Source: Kudoa neothunni
Taxonomy: Eukaryota > Animalia > Cnidaria
Direction: 5' to 3'
DNA: 64,000 bases
Assembly (NCBI GenBank): GCA_964304625.1
Contig: OZ199838.1
Span: 605,059-669,058 of the forward strand
Shown here: positions 26,448 through 40,049 of the stretch, one piece after another
How the letters are laid out: the number at the start of each line of letters is the position of its first letter
Numbering within the stretch: the stretch's first letter is position 1
The notes under the pieces: generated by a model
Told to the model about the DNA's origin: nothing
Databases searched by the model: none
The model's input: only the letters and a program-made list of their open reading frames with translations
Made by a program: the position numbers and the translations under genes

Positions 26448-27528
26448 ATGGAAAGCGCTTGTGACAAAGCATCTGACAAATACGAAAGTGAGGCCAGCAC
26501 AGATGGATCAGTGTTGACCGCTGATTCCACTCAACCCAGTGAAATCGAACAGATCAAGAAACAATACCGTCTTCTACAGCTGGAGTCGGATATGCATCGA
26601 AGTAAATTATCGTTGCTGAGTGCAGAACTCAGTGAACTACGTAAACTCTCTGAAAATCAAGTAGAGAATTATGAGATTTTATGTGATTATAGAGATGGGT
26701 TGATTGTAGATTCCAACGGAATCGTTTTCCCGTGATTACACCTCTAAAGATATTTTGAAAAAGTCCGAAGACTACAGAAATCGATTGCAATTTGTTTCCG
26801 ATTACTACGAGAAAGAAGAACAACACCTTTTGAAAACGTTGGATCGAAAGGTGGATGCTGTAGGTGTTTTTGCATAGTCAATCTACAGCTCATTTTTCTG
26901 TCGTCAATAGTACAAAAGTAAAAAGGACGAAGGTTCAAATATTTCCACTGATCGAGATGAATTTGATGAGGCTATCCACTCACTCAAAAGAACCATCGAA
27001 GAAAAACAATTAATGCTCCACAGAGTAGATTTTCCATTTTATGTGTGTATAAAGATTATTGGTCTTAACCTAAGCTACAAGAAGACAAAATCAATATCAA
27101 CAACCAACTCGAACAGGAACAAGAATTCCTATACAATCGATTGTGTTCCAATCTCTCCTACCTGGAGAGTCATATTAGGTATCTGCTAGTTGGTGGTTAA
27201 TTTGAATCAACCGACAAAATTTAGAACCTTCAAATCCGATTCCAACACCACAATTAATTCTCTTATAAATAAATTCAACTCAAACGATATCGAAAATCTG
27301 ACTGCTGATGAGATCAAATCTCTTGTAAACAATGATTTGATTGGTGATCTGAATAGGTTGAAAAATGCAATCTACACTCTTCCTGATGATTCGACGAGTA
27401 GTTGTTTGTTTAGTTTTTTTTTTTTAATTTTGTTTTCAGCCAAACCAATAAGAAACACGTCAGTTTCATCTTCGCGTCGTTCACGTAACAGCAGCACATC
27501 ACTCACTAAAAGTCCTTTTTATGCTTGA
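26448..27528 (+). CDS. CCDC6: CCDC6-like coiled-coil protein (DUF2046 family)
   Basis: Introns 26661-26709, 26851-26910, 27025-27074, 27179-27224, 27398-27439; motifs ESEASTDG, YEKEEQHLLKTLDRK, KQLMLHRLQEDKININNQLEQEQEFLYNRL; Ser-rich tail. Confidence 0.85.
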
Positions 27529-27753
27529 TTTTACCGCCCAATCGTAAACATATCCTCCTCATCTGATTGTTATAATCATCTCTATCATTATTTTTGCAAC
27601 TGGTGTACGTTGTATTTTAACTATTTTTTTGGAATTTGAATTTTTGTGCGTGTATTTTCTGCAAAAAAACATTTGTAATTTAATTGGTGATCAATAAATT
27701 AAAGAATTTTTTATCATATGGTGCTGCCATCATTATTTTGCTGGAACGGCTCA

Positions 27754-28945
27754 TCAACTATTTATAATGTCGTACAAGACAATAGAGTCACGTCCTCCGT
27801 AACATAGGCGATCGTCTTCGCCACATACTTTGGCGTTGGTATTATGGCAGTCATATGCCAATGATTGATTGATATGAGTTTGATTCAGAGGAGTTGGATT
27901 GGAAAAACAAAAACCTATTCATTCATTCATTCAATCATTCATTTAATCATGCTAGTTGGGTTTTCATATTATTAATAAATACATTGACTTAATTAATGTG
28001 ATGAGGGGTTCACACACATTTTTAAACGAACGTTGTGAAGATATATAAATATAAGCGCAAAAGCCCCACACACTAAAGACTAAAGCTTTCAGTAGGTGTA
28101 CGACAAAGTCAATTATAATTATTTTATCGTTCGTTTGACGAAAATATTGATCGAAATAAACAACAATAACTCAATCATCTTCATTTTATTCTTTATTGGT
28201 ATTTATTTTCATTTAGAAATCATAAGTTTTTATGACTCATGTGGCGTATTAATCACTCTAACGCATCTAAATATTTGTTGACAATGTTGCATTTAATAAT
28301 AATGTAATAACATCATTTTATGTTTGTTTAGAAAATATTTTAAATTTGTTATCTTTAATCAAACAATAAATCCTCGTTTACGACGAGTCCCCACCTACGC
28401 ACGAACTACTGTTGTAGAACATGTTAACTTAGTTTAAAATGTAAGGAGGAGAAAAGTTGAAGCTACAATTGTATTCAAATAATATAAATCAAAGTTATCT
28501 ACGCATATCACTGAACATTATAGTGAATCACATGATATAGTAATCCCATTATCATCAGCTCTATCTGTTTACTAAAGTTTACACTACAAATTTACCACTT
28601 TATAAGAAAGCAGACAAAACCATTGTATTTTTTAGTTTATTTTGTAGTTTTTAAAGTACAAAAATAATCTCAAATACTAATGAAAGTCTCTTTATGAGGA
28701 GAAGATTAGTGCACACGGACACTACAACTTAATATACATATAACAACTCACATTATTGATAAAACTTGTATTATTTTTGTTTTAATAGTTAATAATTTTT
28801 AATTTTTAAAAGATTAAACTATAGTCCAGTCACGAATAACATAATAATTTCATTTTTCCTATTTAAGATACCGTACAACGTTTATATAACAAATAACTAA
28901 AGTGATCATCAAGGCACCCCTCCATGACAACGAATCAAAATACTT
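27754..28945 (-). CDS. Cys-rich WSC-like domain protein (cnidarian-type repeat); only the last exon is secure
   Basis: Last exon 27754-27914: GFCFSNPTPLNQTHINQSLAYDCHNTNAKVCGEDDRLCYGGRDSIVLYDIINS*; upstream stretch MEGCLDDHFSYLLYKR near 28873-28925. Middle exons unresolved; may be a pseudogene. Confidence 0.5.
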
Positions 28946-29211
28946 GATTATTTAATATTTTTCTTATATATAAATGTAATCATATGATTTTTTCATCGAT
29001 TCTTTCTCTGTAACTACGAAAAACACAACAAAATAGTCAAAATTAACTAAAATTAAAAAATTTTTTCATTCATTTGATACATTCTATTTGAAAATAATAT
29101 TATATATCTTTTTAAATAATTAATGAAGCATAAATCTACTTTTTGTTAAAAGTACGAACGTGTGTGTCGTCAATGTCAATACGAAAAACTGGTATCCCAC
29201 TTTATATAAAC

Positions 29212-30158
29212 CAGAGGTGGCCAAACCATGGTTCTTTGAACGTTATGATATGGTTATTGAAAATTTTTGTATAGTTTTATTTTTTTTCATTCACCAGAAC
29301 GTTTATTCACAAAACTACAAAGTTTTAATTACTTCATCAAGTGAAGAAATGAACTCTTTAATCGTAAACCAGATAGTATTTTTGATTAGAAAACATAGGT
29401 AAAAATTATAGTTACTACTAGATTCGTTAGGAAATACAATTAGAACTATTTTTTATGAACTCCAAAAGTGATAGACGTCGAACGAATTTTACAAATACGT
29501 TCAAGAAAATAAATATTCCGAATTAAAAGAAATTTCCCTCAAAATTGTTATTATCTTTGGAACATCTTATTTTTATGAGTCTATTCAACAATGAAATTTG
29601 TGAAATGGAAGCATCGCGGATTCCTCCACGAGAAACAAACACCTGACGGAACTAATTCGTACAGCGTTAACATCCTACGAATCAGATTACTGGCAGCTCA
29701 CTGATAATACGAAAACATAAAGAACTTGTAACATTAGAAACAATTTCTAAAAAAAAATTTTCAAAGTATTAAATCCTTATGTTATTACTTTATTTGTAAA
29801 TATCTAATTTTATTTTTTGTCAGACTACCATATATGATTAAATATGAAAAATATTTCATTAATTTTGCGATCTTTTTGAATGAGAACAACTTTCTTTGAT
29901 TATTAACTATTAATTTACTTTTTAGCAAGAACCATCATAAATTATACCCGTACAAATTATATGAAGTTTTCCAGTGATGTATTGAATAAGAAAAAAATAT
30001 AAACCCTTATTTATAATTCTACAACATCTTAATATTTTCCAAAAATTTAAATTTCAACTAAGGAAGGGGTACATTAATAATTTTTATGTCTTGTGGCTTT
30101 TGAAAATTTTGGCAACCTTAAAGTTAGCTCCCGATCTGGGCATGCCTGACCACCTCTG
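29212..30158 (+). mobile_element. hAT (SPIN/Buster-like) internally deleted transposon
   Basis: TIR CAGAGGTGG(C/T)CA; 8 bp flanks ATATAAAC / ATATATAC; C-terminal remnant FYKYVQENKYSELKEISLKIVIIFGTSYFYES...TMKFVK.KHR. Confidence 0.88.
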
Positions 30159-30165
30159 ATATATA

Positions 30166-31829
30166 CAGTAGTGCAGGTTGTTGCGTAGCAGGGCTATTAC
30201 TCACTTTGTGATATTATAACAATGCTTCCTAATAAAAACATACAATTTTTTTATAATAATAAATACGTAAAAATGTTTAAAGAAGAAAAATTAAAAGTCA
30301 GACAAAATTTGGCTGCATGCTTATTACACATTTCATGGATTTTTCGTACTAAAAATCTCCCAATTAAAGCCAACGAAGTGGTTAGTATGCAGTTAAAAAA
30401 ACAGAGAAAGTATCGATAGTTAGTTAGATGATAAAATGAAAATAACAAACGATTATTATTTCAATAAAATTCAATGGCTCCGAAGCTAAAACTCTTGAGA
30501 AATTATAATCAAAATCGACATCTTACTTAATCAGCGAACTATTAAAAAAGATAATTTCAACATTTTAGATTATAAGCTTAATAATATCACATAATTTCAA
30601 ACTCTCTCAGTACGATATAATTAAGAGGGCCTATGATTATTCATATGAAATTAAAAAAAAGCGATTATTAAGGTTGGTAACTGTTGGTTTCAAGCATTTT
30701 CTTCAAAAGTTGTGTTTAAAATAATAAATTCATAAGTGAATTTAAGAATGTTGCCTCAGAGATAGCTTCCTCTTGGAATGATCAACTGTTAAAAGTGAAA
30801 AAAAAATTATGATCAAAAAGATAATTTTAATTTGAAAAGACCCTAATTAATAATTTGCAATCGTGAAAAACCTTCGTATTTCTATAAAACAAAAGAACTC
30901 CCTATAAGACTAAAATTAAGACTTTGTTTTTTTCAAAATATCTGATGATATAAAAGCGTGAACTTTCTCAATGTAAGAGAACAGTCATATTACTTATTTA
31001 AAATTTCCCAGCTCATCAAATGCTCAATTTTTCAAACATTCAACTCCGTTTCCTCCAAAAGAAACAGCCGCCTGTATATTTGCAATAATTTTACCAAGGA
31101 AATATTAACAGGTTTTAATATGTTTACAAAAATTATTCTACAAATTATTTGATAATTAAAGTTACTATTAACTCCACTAGTGTTTTTGATAACAATTTTA
31201 GTAACGATCCTTCAGATATACTTAAAGATATGTAAATGATGAAAAAAGTGTGGAAATTAGTGAGTAAAAAAATAATCACAAACTGGTTTAAAAAATTATT
31301 CTTTTTAACAATTGTGGATCACTATCCTTTCGATAGGATGTAAATCCCGGAAAATCAATCTGAAGGTTGCCTTAATATAGAAAAGTTACTTTATTTAAAG
31401 GTCCAGAAGATAAATATGTTAACTCAAACAATAATGAAGTAGACGCGATTATTAATCGTTTACTGATGAAAAGTTTGAAAAAACTGACAATATTTCTTCC
31501 ATTAAAAATGTCACTGAGCATTTAAATAAATTAATAAAAAATATTTTCGCTATTGACCTATTTATAATAGAAAATACAACCGAATTAAAGTTCGCCGTCC
31601 GTAAAATAAGACATGGTTCGTAGAGGAACGATAGAATAACTGACTTTTAAGAAAATCTATATATTCTCGATTTGTTATTTTTTGTGTTTAATATTCAACT
31701 TTTTCTAAATATCCATGATTTATCATTATTACTAGAGAGCAAATGTAATCGTTACATACAAAACACGTCAGCGCGTTACTAAGATATATCTGGTAGAATG
31801 CGCACACGAGCATGGATACTGCACTACTG
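30166..31829. mobile_element. TA-flanked DNA transposon remnant, superfamily unassigned
   Basis: Perfect 11 bp TIR CAGTAGTGCAG / CTGCACTACTG with TA on both sides; interior is decayed coding-like sequence. Confidence 0.7.
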
Positions 31830-31839
31830 TATATATATA

Positions 31840-32024
31840 CAATCGAACCTCGATTATCCGGGAACCGTGCTATTCGGAAGATATTTTAAATTTTATTTAA
31901 ATTACGTGTCTTTAAGTGTTCAATTATTCTGAAACCGGATCAACTATTTAATCATAATTTCGGATAAAAGTAACATCCCTCATTGTACGACATATAAATG
32001 CGGTCGAACTCAATCGAATAACTG
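31840..32024. mobile_element. pogo/Tigger-like MITE
   Basis: TA-CAATCGAACCTCGATTATCCG resembles a Tigger TIR; weak right end ...CGAATAACTG-TA. Confidence 0.5.
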
Positions 32025-32099
32025 TATCCATATTAATTCAAGGAATATATACTTGTAGACATAACTCTTAAATAAATAAATAAATAAATAACTTACAAA

Positions 32100-32900
32100 A
32101 TATAATCATAACTTTAGATACTTCATTTCAGGATTTTTCATTGAAAGTCGAACTCTTTGAGCATAAAAATAATATTGATACAATAATTCTAGGGCAGAAT
32201 AAATATAAGTATGAAATACTTATAAAATCAATACCAATCAATTTAGATATAAAAAATTAATCATACTAATTTCTTTAGTCATACGGAGAGTTATTATATT
32301 TTCTAATTAACTGTAAATTATAAAGATTTTTTAGATTAATAATTCAGACGTCGAGATGAAGTTAATTAAACGCTTTCCTCAATCTCTGCGGATGCTATCT
32401 CCATATTTAAACACTGATTCTACGAATTTTTCGAATTAAACTCAGAAAAGACCTTCTCACAAGAATGATCTATATTTTGGAAGATAATGAATCATAATTT
32501 TATTCATCTTAAATTTATGGGCTAAAATGATGAAATCGGATATTGTCTCTTATTGTTGTAAAATCTACGTCCTACTATTAAAGCTGTGCTTATTTTTAAG
32601 CTACTTCCAAAAGTTAACCTCAAGTACCAGTAAGGTTCAACTTTTCGATAACCTACTGAAGATTAACTGAACAATTATCCACAATAATTTTTTTAAATTT
32701 TTCGTTAAATAAAAAAGAACTGTCCGCATGATTGAATTTCTCATCTAGAATAATATATCTTATTGATTACTTTAAATAAGCTCACTTTTGTAATGTTTAA
32801 TCTAAAAAAATGCTGCTATAAACCTTTTCTCTAATCCATTACAAGTCTAATCTTAGTGATCGACCAAAATTAGATGATTCTTATGATATCGCATATTTTG
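32100..32900 (-). pseudogene. Possible L1/Tx1-type LINE reverse transcriptase remnant
   Basis: In order on minus: NGLEKRFIAAFF (DGL...FY..F like), TALIVGRR (Q.GF..GR like), FQNIDHS (AFD.V.H like); many stops. Confidence 0.35.
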
Positions 32901-33128
32901 AGTAACAAAGATTAATTACTCTACCCTGAGTGTGAATGTTCGAAAATGGATATAAGACAAAGTAAAATAGTTAAATGACTGTATTAGATATTTGATAAAG
33001 CTGAATTTGTTGTGAAAAACATAAAATCTTTTATTCGTTTAAATATTATAAGGAATCAAAAAATAATGGTGTGAACCCATCAAAAAAACTGATTATTTCT
33101 GAAATAATGCAATGAAATACCGTATTTA

Positions 33129-34482
33129 TTAATTCCAAAGCGTTTGATTCTGTGATTGTTTGAATTGCCGGCACACCCGACATATTATATCGTACATACG
33201 GGAATAGGTGCGTTTGCACAGAATGCCTGTGCAATCACGAATAAGGAGTGGTTGAGTCATGTGTCGTCGAACATGTTTACTAAAGCAAACCAAGCTTTTT
33301 GAAAATCACTGGACAGCCTAAGAGCAGACGACATGTTAGAACTAATCGCAAGAGGTTGAAAATCTTACTAAAATGGTCAAAAATGTCGCCATCACCAACA
33401 AATAAATTCTGGTCGTTTACATCGATTGGGTTCAAACGTTGAAGTAGTGAGCTTCTACGTGAATTGGTTTTATTTATATTACCATCTGGAGAGTAGAGCG
33501 ATTCACTTTTAAAGATGGCCGAATCTAGTGATGCGCAGAAAAATGAATAAGATACAGATTCTATGATAAACAGCAGATACATGAACTAAAATTATTTTGG
33601 CACGACAAAGAGAATATCTCTGGCAGTACAGTCAACACAAGATCCATACTTTTAAGAGGGTAGTAGTTCGTTTCAGACAGCCAATTGACTTTTAATGGTT
33701 TTTGAGTACGTCCCTCGTCCCCATCTTTTGTTTCAACAATATAGAAATTTATTCTATTTGTAAAGATCCATTCGCTGCATTTATGACATTGATTGATAAA
33801 CTTTCCAAATTCTCTACTTCCAATCATATAAATTAAGGATTTAGTGGCATTTGGATTTGTTTCATTATTGGAAAACATTTGTTTGGCGAGGATTTCTAAA
33901 GCATTTGGATGTTGTTGCTGGATGCCAGAAGTTTTGTTAACTACAGGATTTCATACTCAAATTGCAATCTCCTAAATTTTACACGTAAAGTTGGAATTAT
34001 ATTCCTTCATTTTGGTGATCATTTTGGGTATATCAGTTGATGATGGATCGCTAAATTTTACAATCACTCGTGGGTTGTGACCAATAATCGCGATTGAAGT
34101 TCTATTTCCTTGAGGTTTGGGATCAATGTGGTGACATATTTTTACAAGCAAATTATCCGGAGACAACAAATCATCGGCGATATTTTCATCAATAATGAGT
34201 CCAACATCCATGAGACATTGATCATTGGCGGTGAAGTTGTTAGTTTCATCTTTAATCATCGCACCATTCAAACCTTTTCCATTGATTTGGCCTAATTCAT
34301 CTCCAGTCCTATTGGTCAAAGTTTGTTCACAGCGTGTAATTCTTATATATAAAATCATATAACTAAGTTGGTCTTTAAAAATAATGGTCCCTCAAATACC
34401 CGCAGTAAAAAATTATACGCAACGGTAGCCATTGAAATATTGTAAAAAAGACTAACTTTTGAAATAGCACACCGATATTCAT
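33129..34482 (-). CDS. von Willebrand factor A domain protein with hydrophobic N-terminus and Cys-rich C-terminus
   Basis: QCLMDVGLIID (beta1), IAIIGHNPRVIVKFSD, ALEILAKQMF...PNATKSLIYMI, closing Cys in LSCQ; tail DCTGILCKRTYSRMYDIICRVC. Confidence 0.7.
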
Positions 34483-34621
34483 TACATTCGTCGTGAATAA
34501 ACAACAAAATTTTAACACCAGCCCCTCTTATTTAAATATCGTAACTAAATCAATAGCAAGTTCAATAAAGACATATTGATTTCAAAACAACACAGACAAC
34601 GTAGAATTAACATGGAAATTG

Positions 34622-37600
34622 CTAGGATAATTGATGACGTTGAAGAATAGCAGATATTTGGTTGAGAGTTTTCATATTCTGTTTGGTGTCTTGAACTAAT
34701 TTGGTAAGTACAGTGTTATAGTTGGTTAGATGCTATTCAAATGCAATTAACCCCCAAAAATTCCAACTGAAATGTTCTACCTTAAACAACAATTCTATAG
34801 TAATAGGGTCACAATTTTCAAGAGAATCGCTCGAGGAGGTAATTGCAGTTGTATCCATGGTGCTGCTATCACTTTCTATATTGGTAGTTTTAACGGATTG
34901 TTGTGCTAGTTTCATCTTCTCATGAACTCGTTGAAAACGTTTCTAATGTGAAATCATAATCAACAGTTATTATAAGTCGAAATCAACTTTAAGTTCCTGA
35001 AGGTCAACGATTTTAGTGCACATATTTTTAAGAATTATTCTAAAAACAATATACCATTAAAATTGTGAATCATTTAGATACTTGAATTTTTCTTCATATT
35101 CAATCAATGGTGCGCCTGATCGGTTGATTCTTTCACGTAAACAATACAGCTACAACATCAGCCAAATTTAGCAGATTCAATCAACACACAAAATACTCTT
35201 AAAACTCTACACAGCAAACCAGAAATAACACTGGAAAAGCCAGCCAGTTTATTGTTCAAACTGAAATAGTTGGATTTATTGTCGTTGAACTGGATTGAAA
35301 CGTTCTAAATTGTCGATTTCCATTACAAATAACTACAACATCCTATAGCAACTACTTTTATATTATCCATTAGTTCTTGAGCTTGATTTCTCAGTGCATG
35401 AACCCTTTCTGCTACTCCCTGAAAACCAAGCAACACATATGGAATGTACAAAGACGTGTTTGGATTGTTATCAAACGATTTGTTCCATAAATCAGGATTG
35501 ATTCCTTAAATAAAAGTATATTAAGATTTCTACAAAAGTTTGTTTGAGAGCGGATTAATGAATTATTAAACATTTTTTGATATTATATCACGGCGAAAGA
35601 TACAATTTATCTGATTGATGAGCAGTCGCGATGTTTATTTTATTTATTTTTTTCTTAAACAATTCTTTTTTTCTTAATTTAATCAGTTAAATCATATGTG
35701 CGCAATTTATCGAAAAACATTTCCAATTATGTATATATATATTGATATTGATGGTTAATAAAATTCAAATGGACTTTGACAATGTGGTAATAATTTTAAT
35801 ACAAAAAAATAAAAAATGATTTAGATTCGGCCGTTTTTAATGTTTATAAAAATTCATCAAATTTAACATATATTTTTTTTCTTTTTTAATTATGTCAATA
35901 TCTGTGGAAGAAAAGCCGAAAGGGCGGATTTTTATCAAAGAATATAAATGTAATAATTTTAAATTAATAAATTAAATATAATTCTTACTTGGTTTTACTA
36001 TTTACTAGTAACGTGGGTTGGAAGCTCCAAAATTAAAGTCAAAAATTTCTAACTATAAGAATAAACATATAATTAAATTATTGACTATTATGAAAAAAAT
36101 CCATTCTGCCAAGGCTTATGATAGAACTGTTGTAAACAATTCTATCATCCAACAAACACAGCTGAATCATTCCACATGCATTTTTACCCGCGATTAGAGC
36201 AAACATATTGAGAATTTGATAATTCATTAAAGGCACTAGGGCAATGGCTATTGACACGGAAGTTTTTAATCCAAAATAACAACTACACATTCGAATTCTT
36301 CATTCTTAATCCCATTAACTTTTACTTATATTTGATCCATAAAGTTTATTTTTTAGTATCTGTTGTATTTAAACACAGTCAAAACAATACCTACCTGGAT
36401 ATTATAGATATGATAGATATTTAATCCATGTCAATAGTCACTTCCTTTATTAAATTCCTAATAGAAATGCACAGTCTAGTTGAACGTAAAATCAGTAACA
36501 TTATATGTGACCAAAGTTTTTCCAAAAATTCAAATATCCAGTAAATTAGAAAAAATAAAATCAATAATGGAACCAATACAATTCAACATATTTTTTCAAT
36601 ATATATTGATATTTTTCACAATAAATTTAATTTTTAAGTAGCAAAATGAAATAAAAAATACCATTTGTAATAATCTTTTTTGAATTAGAATGATTATTAT
36701 ATATTTGCGCAAGCTCTTCATTTTTAACAATAAGATATTTTCGATTGTTATATCATATTTATTAAAATATATGACCTCTACTCGCCAAGCAACGACTTTC
36801 TCGTTAATTAATCACATTGTTTTAAATATAAAAACTTTTTAATTTTACCATCAAAGTTAACCTAAATACTACGATTTACCAATATTTTTTGTATTCTATA
36901 TAACAAATAATGAATATATAAACAGATTAACGAAATTATAATTTTTAAGAATGTTAGTAAGAAATATCACACAAAGTTTCGCGAAGATTGCAGTAGAATA
37001 TTTATACATATATATTTGAATAAAATTAAAAAAAAAATATACAACGTTAATACCAACAAAACGTAAATTGCATATATCACGACAAAACAATTTTATTTAA
37101 AAATACAGACTGGATTAAGAAATATACCATCAAAAACTTATATTTATATGATTAGATAAGTGATTAAATTGATTAGTTCAAATGCACAAGCCTAACTAAT
37201 TTATTTAAAATATATCGAGGGGATGTAATTGTTGATCACGTGTAATAAGTGATGATATACGGCACAACAAAAAATAATACCATAAGGAGGATATTTCCGA
37301 TAAAAATCTTCAAGTTCCGGCGCAAAGTCAGATTTTATGTCGACTGAAACAATACCTTCTCTTATCAATAATTCCTATTATGAATAATAATAATATAAAA
37401 TTATCATTTAATGAAATCTCATGTTGAATAAAATAAATTATTTTAAATAATATCTATTATGTAATTATATTAATTTTATTATTATATTATAATAAAATTA
37501 ACTTGACTATTATTTGTGAACAATGAGAAAATCTCTGAACAATTAAGTAGAACAAAAGATGCATTTATTTTAAAAATTAATTGCATCTTTTGTTAAAATA

Positions 37601-39175
37601 AAGAAGGAATTTCCCAACACATTGTGAATTATGATATAACAACCAAAATCTAATTACTCGATTCACATCTTCATTCAATATTTCCAACAATTTTAACGCA
37701 CCAATAGCATTCGGATTTCCAGTGTTATCTTTGTAGTTGACACAAAAGACCATTCTTGTGCTATTGATAGCGGATTAGTGAACAACAAAATAAAATATAT
37801 GGGATACAGTTGTTCTTCAATTTTAACAGTTTCATGTACGTCAATAGTGAGTGCTAAAGTTGGTTCAGTTTTTGATGCGACCAACCGCAAAATAAACGCC
37901 AAAAAGTTATCTCCAGCATTTTGAATGGCTTGGAGTGGATGGGCAATATCCATCGTTAGAACTCCATCGGAATCTTTATTTTTGAAACGAGGTAGATAGG
38001 TAATCATCTAATCCGTAGAACAATAACAGCTTAACATTTTTTGTTCTACTAATTGAACATACTTTGAATTTACAAAAGGGATTCTTCTCGTTAATACTAA
38101 CCGCACTGTAACCTCGTCCAACCAAACCGAACGAACACCCGTATTGACAACACAACAAATTCAGTTTCCTAATAACTTCATCTCTTTCATCTCCAAAAAA
38201 CTGGGGATTTTTTATTGCAATTTTCAACAACTCAACAGGATCAACTGTCACAATACTGGATTAAAATTGAATAATATATAGAAATACCTTCTTTGAATTG
38301 TGACAATTGCTTTGAGTTTATATTTCCTACTAACGTGGTGGCGGGCTGTTGTTGATTTAACTGGTTCGACTGTGAAATCCCAAAAGTGTCATATAATGGT
38401 TTATATGATGTCATATTATTATAATTTGTACCAAGCCCCACTACCATACATAGTTATAAATAACACACATCAAATATTCCAGTAAGAGACTATTCTCACA
38501 GAAAAAATAAACAATCGGATTAATTTTAACTATCGCTAGCTCTACTGGTGTTGATATTTGATATTGGTAACAACCAATAATATAAAACGTAAAAATAAAG
38601 AGCTATTTAATCATAACTGCCAAAGTGTGTGTATTATGTATTTAGGTGGGGAAATTCAGGGATTTCCTAATAAAAATAGTGTTTGTGCTTGCGCGTAATT
38701 AATTTAGGATTAAATTCGAATTAAATCCGTTTGTGATATAGCCTCTGTAAAGTCCACTGTCGTGATTTAATAGGATTAGGCACTCATATTTCCAGCACCT
38801 TGCACATTCGAATTATTGAACAGTATATTGCTATTCATAGCACCTAGATTCTGCTGTGGGTTGACTAACGAAACTCTAATCACATTCTATGTAAATTTTT
38901 GGGATTACCTGATGATAAACCGCCCGTATTTTGACTTTGAAACTCTAAAGATTATTGTCATTTTGTTGAGATTTAAATAAAAAATATTTACGCGCGGCAT
39001 TCAAAGGAAACATGCTTGTTGAAGATCCCAGAGTGGGGTTTAATTGATTGGACGCCTGATTCGACATCAAACCTCCCCCTCCTATTATATTTGTGTTACC
39101 AAGAGTGGTTTGACCTTGATTTTGAATATTTAAAAAATTTGATCCCACAGTATTGTTGCCATAGTTACCAAACAT
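34622..39175 (-). CDS. NUP54: Nucleoporin Nup54 (Nup57/Nup44 family)
   Basis: PQFFGDERDEVIRKLN, EKNPFCKFK, NKDSDG, GINPDLWNKSFDNNPNTSLYIPYVLLGF, RSGAPLIEYEEKF, terminal HLTNYNTVLTKLVQD; stop TAG 34622-34624; some middle exons unresolved. Confidence 0.93.
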
Positions 39176-40049
39176 CTACGAAACAAAAAATCTATAATAC
39201 ACACTCAATTTACATGCAATACCTTGGATATTTTGGTGAACAAACTTCTAAAAACAGTTTACGCTTATTTCTTTCAAAATAAATTGAGTTTCGTAAGATG
39301 CAACAACCGACGCTCAACTCAATAGAGATTTATTAGAATTTTCTATCTGCGTGCGCATTTGATGTAGCCGTATATTTAGATTTTGCTGTGATTGTTGATT
39401 TATCATTTGATAACACAATTACACCATTTTTTAAATAGTAATTGGAATGATTGAATTTTTAGTTGAAATAATAATTTTAATTTTACTAAATAAGGGATAT
39501 TTGAAATTCGGAAAGTCACGTATTATAGATTATAGATTGTTGGAGATATTTTAGAAAATAAAAATTGGCTAATGCTATGGATCAGTACACATTAGGTGTC
39601 TGGTCATAAGGACTAAAATGGGTATTGGATTTGGGCTGCGCAAGGGGCATGACGCATGTGAACAAAACAATACAAAATTTTAAAGCGTACTCTTGCAATT
39701 TAATCTCTCTTATTTATCACTTTTCTGTATTTATTTTAAAAATAAATTTTCTTATAACAATGATGAATATATTAAATGAGATTAATCTTGTCGATACTTG
39801 ATTTTAATTTGTAGAAACAAACTATTCGGACAATGTGATGATAATACTAATAATTTCTGTCAATTAGAATTAAAAAAAATAATAAATCCAATTTTATTAC
39901 AATAACAATTATTTTTAAATTTTATCATAAACTTTGGACGATTTTAAAAACACGCGGAATATTTTTTTATTAAATTATTATATCTTAGGAAATGCTTCTT
40001 AATAAATAAATTATTTTCTGTACTCAAGATAAATATTATATATATTGAT

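Noticed and set aside
37249-37347. Box C/D snoRNA (GTGATGA...CTGA) in a NUP54 intron
   Set aside because: Antisense to the host gene, no terminal stem, and such motifs are expected by chance.
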